From positions 1 to 64,000 of IMG/VR virus record IMGVR_UViG_3300025467_000526: a stretch of 64,000 bases of DNA; one strand, 5' to 3'. Origin of the DNA: a virus (lineage: Duplodnaviria; Heunggongvirae; Uroviricota; Caudoviricetes). Each line of letters begins with the position of its first letter. Positions within the stretch are counted from its first letter, which is position 1. This document shows positions 58,915 to 64,000 of this stretch, one piece after another. The notes beneath the pieces were generated by a model. That model did not search any database and was not told where the DNA came from. It was given only the letters and a program-made list of their open reading frames with translations. Both the position numbers and the translations under genes were made by a program.

Positions 58915-60120
58915 ATGACATACATAATAAACAATGCATTAGCCAATGCACAAATTAACAGTCACAACAGACTACGTATTACCGATTATCAATCTATTTG
59001 GTTCAATACATTTCAGTTTAGTAAAGAAACAGACAACTGGGACGAAGCTACAGTTACTGGCGGCAGTGCTACATGGAACAGCGCCAACAGTGGAGTGGAT
59101 ATGGCCACAACTACAGCCAGTGGTGCTAGTATTATTAGACAAACACAAAGGGTTATCCCTTACATTCCGGGTCGCCCTGCACAGCTTAATCAGCAGATCA
59201 AGTTTTCAACCCCAATTGCCAACTTGACTCAGCGTGTTGGCTTGTTCGATGAAAATAACGGATTTTTCTTTGAACTAGTAGGCGCCAGCACATTCAATTT
59301 TGTAATTAGAACCAGCACCAGCGGCTCAATGCAAGAAACAAGGATAGCCAGATCCAGCTGGAACGGCGACAAGTTAGATGGCACAGGTGCCAGTGGTATC
59401 ACTCTTGACTTAACTAAACAACAACTGATCAGTTTCGATTACGAATGGTATGGTGTCGGTGCTGTTACACTAGGGTTTATTGTCAACGGTTCTATCATAA
59501 ACTGTCATACTTATTATACTGCCAACATACAAACTACTGTTTGGTGTAGCACTCCTTTCCTTCCTATTAGATTAGAACTATTCAATACAGGTACAACCGC
59601 AAGTTCAAGCACAATGCGTCAAGGATCAAACAGCGTTACTTGTGACGGACCATTTAGCCCTAACCTAGGTGCCAGCAACAGTTTCGCTACATCTACGCCT
59701 ATTACATTATCGCTTGGTACATACCTACCTATTATCAGTGTTAGACTGCAAAGTACAGCACTCAACGGTGTTTTGAGACCTACCTATCTAACCACAGGTG
59801 CTACTACTGCCGCAGGTGCAGTCGTAGTGTGTGCATACAGAATTATTAAAAATGGTACGCTAACAGGTCCTTCTTGGAACAATAGTGTAAACACAGGTAG
59901 CTTTGCACAAACGGACAGTGCTTCTACGGCTATAAGTGGCGGAACAATTATCAAACAGGCAATCGCGCCAGGCACGGCTGAAGATATCAGTAATATTGCT
60001 TTCCAACTAGGTCGTCAAAGTCTAGGAACTGTTAGCGATACTTATACTATCGCTATCGCACAATTATCAACAGGTACACAATACGGTCAAGCCAGTATGC
60101 AGTGGATTGAAAGCAGATAA
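58915..60120 (+). CDS. hypothetical structural or assembly protein
   Basis: 401-aa ORF between fibre genes. Confidence 0.45.
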   Translation: MTYIINNALANAQINSHNRLRITDYQSIWFNTFQFSKETDNWDEATVTGGSATWNSANSGVDMATTTASGASIIRQTQRVIPYIPGRPAQLNQQIKFSTPIANLTQRVGLFDENNGFFFELVGASTFNFVIRTSTSGSMQETRIARSSWNGDKLDGTGASGITLDLTKQQLISFDYEWYGVGAVTLGFIVNGSIINCHTYYTANIQTTVWCSTPFLPIRLELFNTGTTASSSTMRQGSNSVTCDGPFSPNLGASNSFATSTPITLSLGTYLPIISVRLQSTALNGVLRPTYLTTGATTAAGAVVVCAYRIIKNGTLTGPSWNNSVNTGSFAQTDSASTAISGGTIIKQAIAPGTAEDISNIAFQLGRQSLGTVSDTYTIAIAQLSTGTQYGQASMQWIESR

Positions 60121-60166
60121 TATACAGTAGTCTAATACGGTAAATATATAAAAGAGAGCGGCAAAT

Positions 60167-62299
60167 ATGACAACATTACAACTAATCAACACTGGAACCT
60201 ATGCAAATGACGGTACAGGTGACGATTTATTAACCGCGTTTAACAAAGTTAATGCAAATTTTACACTATTACAAACAGATTCAGGTGTTGCTGGTGCGGC
60301 TAATCTTGGTACAGGTGTTGGCATCTGGGCTGACAAAAACTTACTAAATTTAGAATTTAAAAGTTTAACCAGTACCGGTGGTAGTGTTGGAATTACTAGT
60401 ACTGCTACTACAGTTAATTTAGAATCAACTACTAAATTAGTAAATGATACTTCACCTATTGCAGGTGGTAATATTAATTTAAATAGTTATAATATCTCTA
60501 ACGGTGATGCTCAAACTACAATCTACGGTTATGATCCTCGTGTAGATAGTGTATTACTTGAATTACTAATGGACACAAACAACTTAACCGTTGACATGGG
60601 TTCTTTTAGTGCTCCTACTGGATACGAAACTAACCCAGTAACACAACGTACAAGTGGTGGTAGCGGTGGTTACAAATGGGACTTTGGTGCTAATTTCACT
60701 TCAATAAACAATAAAATTAATTTTGGAAACTATACAGCAGGAGATCCTATTCAAGATGCCAAGGATCATCAAGTAACATTAACTGGAAATCTTAGCCTAG
60801 CTGGTAGTCATAATTTAACTTTAACTGTCACAGCTAATACACAACTAACTTTACCCACTAGTGGTACATTGGCATCAACTGCTAGTAACTTAGGGCAGTT
60901 TGCTACTACGACCAGTACTGGATTATTTAATGTAATGGCAGATCCAACTGGGTCAGGTGGTAGTCTTGTATTTGCATCTAGTCCTACAATTACTTCTCCA
61001 ACTATTGCTGGACATGCAACTATCGAAGGAGTAACTTCAACAGGTGCAACAGGCACAGGTAATTTTGTATTTTCTTCAAGCCCAACATTATATAGTGCAA
61101 GTTTAACAGGTACTCCAGTTATAGGAGGTACAAGCGTTACAGGTTCGACTGGTACAGGTAATATTGTATTTGCAACTAGTCCAAGTTTTACGACTCCAAA
61201 TATCGATGGTGCTACTGCTACTAGTATTACTGCGGCTAATAGTACTTTTAATTTTGTTACTACAGCAACTACTATTAATATTGGTGCAAGTACAGGCACT
61301 ACTACAGTTAATAATAATTTGACCGTTACAGGAAACTTAACTGTTAACGGAACTACAACAAGTGTCAATACTGAAACAGGTACTGCTATATCGGCGTCAG
61401 CTGGATTTGTATCAACTGGAACTTTTACTAGTTCATATACTGGTGGTATCATTGTTGATTATGTTTCAGGTTCAAGCCTGGGCCGTATAAGTGTTGGCAG
61501 CGGCGCTGGCATAACATTCTATAATAATGCTAACAATACCAGGGTAGCTCTATTGGCCATAGACCAATATGGTAACACGACTCCATCTGGTGCTATATTG
61601 TTCAGTTCAGCTACTATAGTGGCGGCTGGATCTAATCAAGGTACTGCTACAGCAATTACGGCAGATAACACTTATATATCAAGTGGGACAGGCGGAGTAG
61701 TTTTACCTACTGCCATAGTTGGTAGAGAAATTTCAATTACAAATAACACAGCTAGTGCTATCAATGTTTATCCAGGAAGTGGAGCAAGTATTGAAAATAG
61801 TTCAGTTAACATACCTACATCATTACCTGCATACGCTACACTAGGCCTTGCCGCAAAAAGTACTACTAATTGGTGGGCAATACAACCAGTTTATAATAGC
61901 GGAACAAATATAAGTGTTACGCAAAGTGCTAACGGTTCTGTAACTTGGAATACTGTTGCAAGTCCAACATTTACTAATATTACACAAACTGGTTTAGAAA
62001 TTACTCCAGCAAATTACATCACAGTTAATTCTAGTACAACTTACGCATTGAGCACCACAGTTACTGATAATATTTTAATAATTGGTGCATCTGGATTAAC
62101 TGCAACTGTAACTTTCCCAAGTTCAGGTTTAATCGATGGACAACGTTTGCGTATAGCAGTGCAAGGAACTTATAGTGTAACACTAGCAGTTACCGCAGGA
62201 CCTACATTAATTGGATCGGCGGCTGGTACTGTTAACCAATCTACATCAATTATCTACATTTATAGAGCAAGCAATACCTCATGGTACAGAATACAATAA
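60167..62299 (+). CDS. tail-fibre-like protein sharing the N-terminal motif
   Basis: MTTLQLINTGTYANDGTGDDLLTAFNKVNANFTLL, T/S/G-rich. Preceded by a GTAAATATATAAAAGAGAG leader. Confidence 0.6.
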   Translation: MTTLQLINTGTYANDGTGDDLLTAFNKVNANFTLLQTDSGVAGAANLGTGVGIWADKNLLNLEFKSLTSTGGSVGITSTATTVNLESTTKLVNDTSPIAGGNINLNSYNISNGDAQTTIYGYDPRVDSVLLELLMDTNNLTVDMGSFSAPTGYETNPVTQRTSGGSGGYKWDFGANFTSINNKINFGNYTAGDPIQDAKDHQVTLTGNLSLAGSHNLTLTVTANTQLTLPTSGTLASTASNLGQFATTTSTGLFNVMADPTGSGGSLVFASSPTITSPTIAGHATIEGVTSTGATGTGNFVFSSSPTLYSASLTGTPVIGGTSVTGSTGTGNIVFATSPSFTTPNIDGATATSITAANSTFNFVTTATTINIGASTGTTTVNNNLTVTGNLTVNGTTTSVNTETGTAISASAGFVSTGTFTSSYTGGIIVDYVSGSSLGRISVGSGAGITFYNNANNTRVALLAIDQYGNTTPSGAILFSSATIVAAGSNQGTATAITADNTYISSGTGGVVLPTAIVGREISITNNTASAINVYPGSGASIENSSVNIPTSLPAYATLGLAAKSTTNWWAIQPVYNSGTNISVTQSANGSVTWNTVASPTFTNITQTGLEITPANYITVNSSTTYALSTTVTDNILIIGASGLTATVTFPSSGLIDGQRLRIAVQGTYSVTLAVTAGPTLIGSAAGTVNQSTSIIYIYRASNTSWYRIQ

Positions 62300-62311
62300 C
62301 TGGAGTAATTG

Positions 62312-64000
62312 ATGTTAAACATCTGGACTAAACCTTCAGGATATACTTTTACAAATAGTGGTCAACCATTTCAAGAACAAGTTTCTTTAAATGTAGCATT
62401 GCCCGTTAGCTCAACCACAGGTATAACATTTACCATAATTTCGGGAAGTTTACCAGGCGGTGTTTCTATTATCGGTAGTTCATTAGTAGGAAATCCTTAC
62501 ATTGTTAATTCTGCAACAACATATACTTTTTGTATAAGAGCTAGTAGCAGTAACGGTATTGCAGATAGAACTTTTAACATGATAGTTAACGGTGCTAATC
62601 CTCCTGAATTTGTAACACCTGCTGGAGAATTACCAGTAGGTCCTAGACAACAATTATATGCATTAGACGGCACGTATGTAAATTATCAGATAGAAGCATT
62701 TGATCTTAATACATCAATTGGTGGTAGTTTAAAATATTTTATAGCAACAGGAGATGGATCACTTCCACCGGGGCTTACTCTTAGCAACGATGGTGTAATA
62801 AGTGGATATATTAAACCTCAAGAAATATTAACACCTGCCGCTGGTACTGGCGAGTTTGATCAAGCAGATTTTGATATCGGTGCTTATGATTTTGCATTAA
62901 TACCCACTGACGGTTTTGACAGTTATCAATTTGACGATGTATTTTTTGATTATAATTTACCAAGCGTATTACCTAAAAGTTTAAATGCCAATTATCAATT
63001 TAGAGTCACAGCTACCGATGGTATCAACTATGCTCAAAGAATTTTTAATATTTTTGTCGTGGGCGATGATCAATTTCGTGCAGACAGTACAAGTACTAAT
63101 AGGTTTTCAGACGGATTCACCGCAGACTCGACTTTTTTAAGAACACCTGTTTGGTTAAGTAATACTAGTTTAGGTATTTTTAGAGCTAATAATTATCTCA
63201 CAGTTCCTGTATTATTATATGATAACACTGATATTATATTTCGATTAGAAACAACTAATTGCGAAGTATACGCAGTAAGTAAACAAATTCTAATCAGTGA
63301 TAACGCCTTAAATAGTTATTTTGTCACTGTGACAAATTTATCAAGTGTTCCTGTAATTGGACAATATTTTACATTAGACAACTATCTCAATGGTGCTACT
63401 AGTCAAACTTATCAAATTTCTGCCGTCAATCAAGTAACTGCTCCTATTACTGGAACATTGACTAATGGTAGCAAAATAATAACTGGCATCAACTATGCGT
63501 TTATTAATGAATTGACTATTGGTGCAACTATTGACGGCGGCGGTATTCCTGTTAATAGTACCATTGTTCAAATTGCTGTAAACAGTAATGTTAGTCCAAA
63601 TACTATTACAGTTACAATGAATAATAATGCAACTGTTTCTACCACTGCCAGTATTAATGTCGGCATTGCAGGTTATTATCGTTTAACAATAACAACTCCA
63701 TTGGCTATAGCCATACCAAATTTTACAGCATTTTATATTGGATCACTAAGTCAATTACCTAAGGGTACACAATTTGATGTTGAAACAGGAGAGATATACG
63801 GTCGCGTTCCATATCAACCTGCTATCACCGAAACTTATGCTTTTACTATAACAGCTACTAGATTTAGTGCCAATATAGTTGATCAAGTTATTAACCACAA
63901 AACTTTTAATATTACAATTTTAGGTAGTATTAATCGTCAAATAACCTGGACTAGTCCAAGTAATTTAGGAACTATACCTGCAAACTATGTATCTACATTG
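62312..64000 (+). CDS. structural protein with putative Ig-like (He_PIG/cadherin-like) repeats, 3'-truncated by the window edge
   Basis: Open frame from ATG 62312 to the window end. Carries SLPGGVSIIGSSLVGNPY and SLPPGLTLSNDGVISGYIKP (LPxGL…G.IsG pattern). Confidence 0.5.
   Translation, partial: MLNIWTKPSGYTFTNSGQPFQEQVSLNVALPVSSTTGITFTIISGSLPGGVSIIGSSLVGNPYIVNSATTYTFCIRASSSNGIADRTFNMIVNGANPPEFVTPAGELPVGPRQQLYALDGTYVNYQIEAFDLNTSIGGSLKYFIATGDGSLPPGLTLSNDGVISGYIKPQEILTPAAGTGEFDQADFDIGAYDFALIPTDGFDSYQFDDVFFDYNLPSVLPKSLNANYQFRVTATDGINYAQRIFNIFVVGDDQFRADSTSTNRFSDGFTADSTFLRTPVWLSNTSLGIFRANNYLTVPVLLYDNTDIIFRLETTNCEVYAVSKQILISDNALNSYFVTVTNLSSVPVIGQYFTLDNYLNGATSQTYQISAVNQVTAPITGTLTNGSKIITGINYAFINELTIGATIDGGGIPVNSTIVQIAVNSNVSPNTITVTMNNNATVSTTASINVGIAGYYRLTITTPLAIAIPNFTAFYIGSLSQLPKGTQFDVETGEIYGRVPYQPAITETYAFTITATRFSANIVDQVINHKTFNITILGSINRQITWTSPSNLGTIPANYVSTL

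Overview
This window reads as dense, almost gapless phage-like coding sequence, mostly on the + strand. The clearest features are: (1) a roughly 20 kb island (2249..21856) that is unusually rich in radical-SAM enzymes, non-heme-iron oxygenases and other redox enzymes; (2) a tRNA-like gene at 21886..21998 driven by a perfect sigma70-type promoter; (3) a block of short early-type genes (22029..45648) that carries several near-consensus TTGACA-17bp-TATAAT promoters; and (4) a late structural block from 46034 to the window end. Region (3) includes IF-1, ClpP, a MazG-like protein, an ATP-dependent DNA ligase, UvdE, a QueD/PTPS-like protein, an Fe/Mn-SOD-like protein, a prolyl-4-hydroxylase-like oxygenase, an SPFH/band-7 protein next to a lipoprotein and small-membrane-protein cluster, and an IscA-type Fe-S carrier. 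Region (4) is dominated by a 4167-aa Ser/Thr/Gly-rich fibre protein (46034..58537) and further fibre-like proteins that share its N-terminal motif, with a separate fibre gene at 215..2194. Late genes are preceded by T4-like ATAAATA motifs. Several stop/start overlaps of the ATGA type and TTG starts are present. The gene content (MazG, PTPS, 2OG oxygenases, lipid desaturase, giant fibres) resembles T4-like marine myophages, but I cannot assign host or taxon from sequence alone. The most interesting candidate for an undescribed system is the radical-SAM island. It encodes 9 CxxxCxxC enzymes in 3 paralogous families, 2 TauD-like and 2 further putative Fe/2OG oxygenases, a minimal PLP aminotransferase-fold protein, a di-iron desaturase-like protein and a possible methyltransferase. 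Its substrate is unknown.
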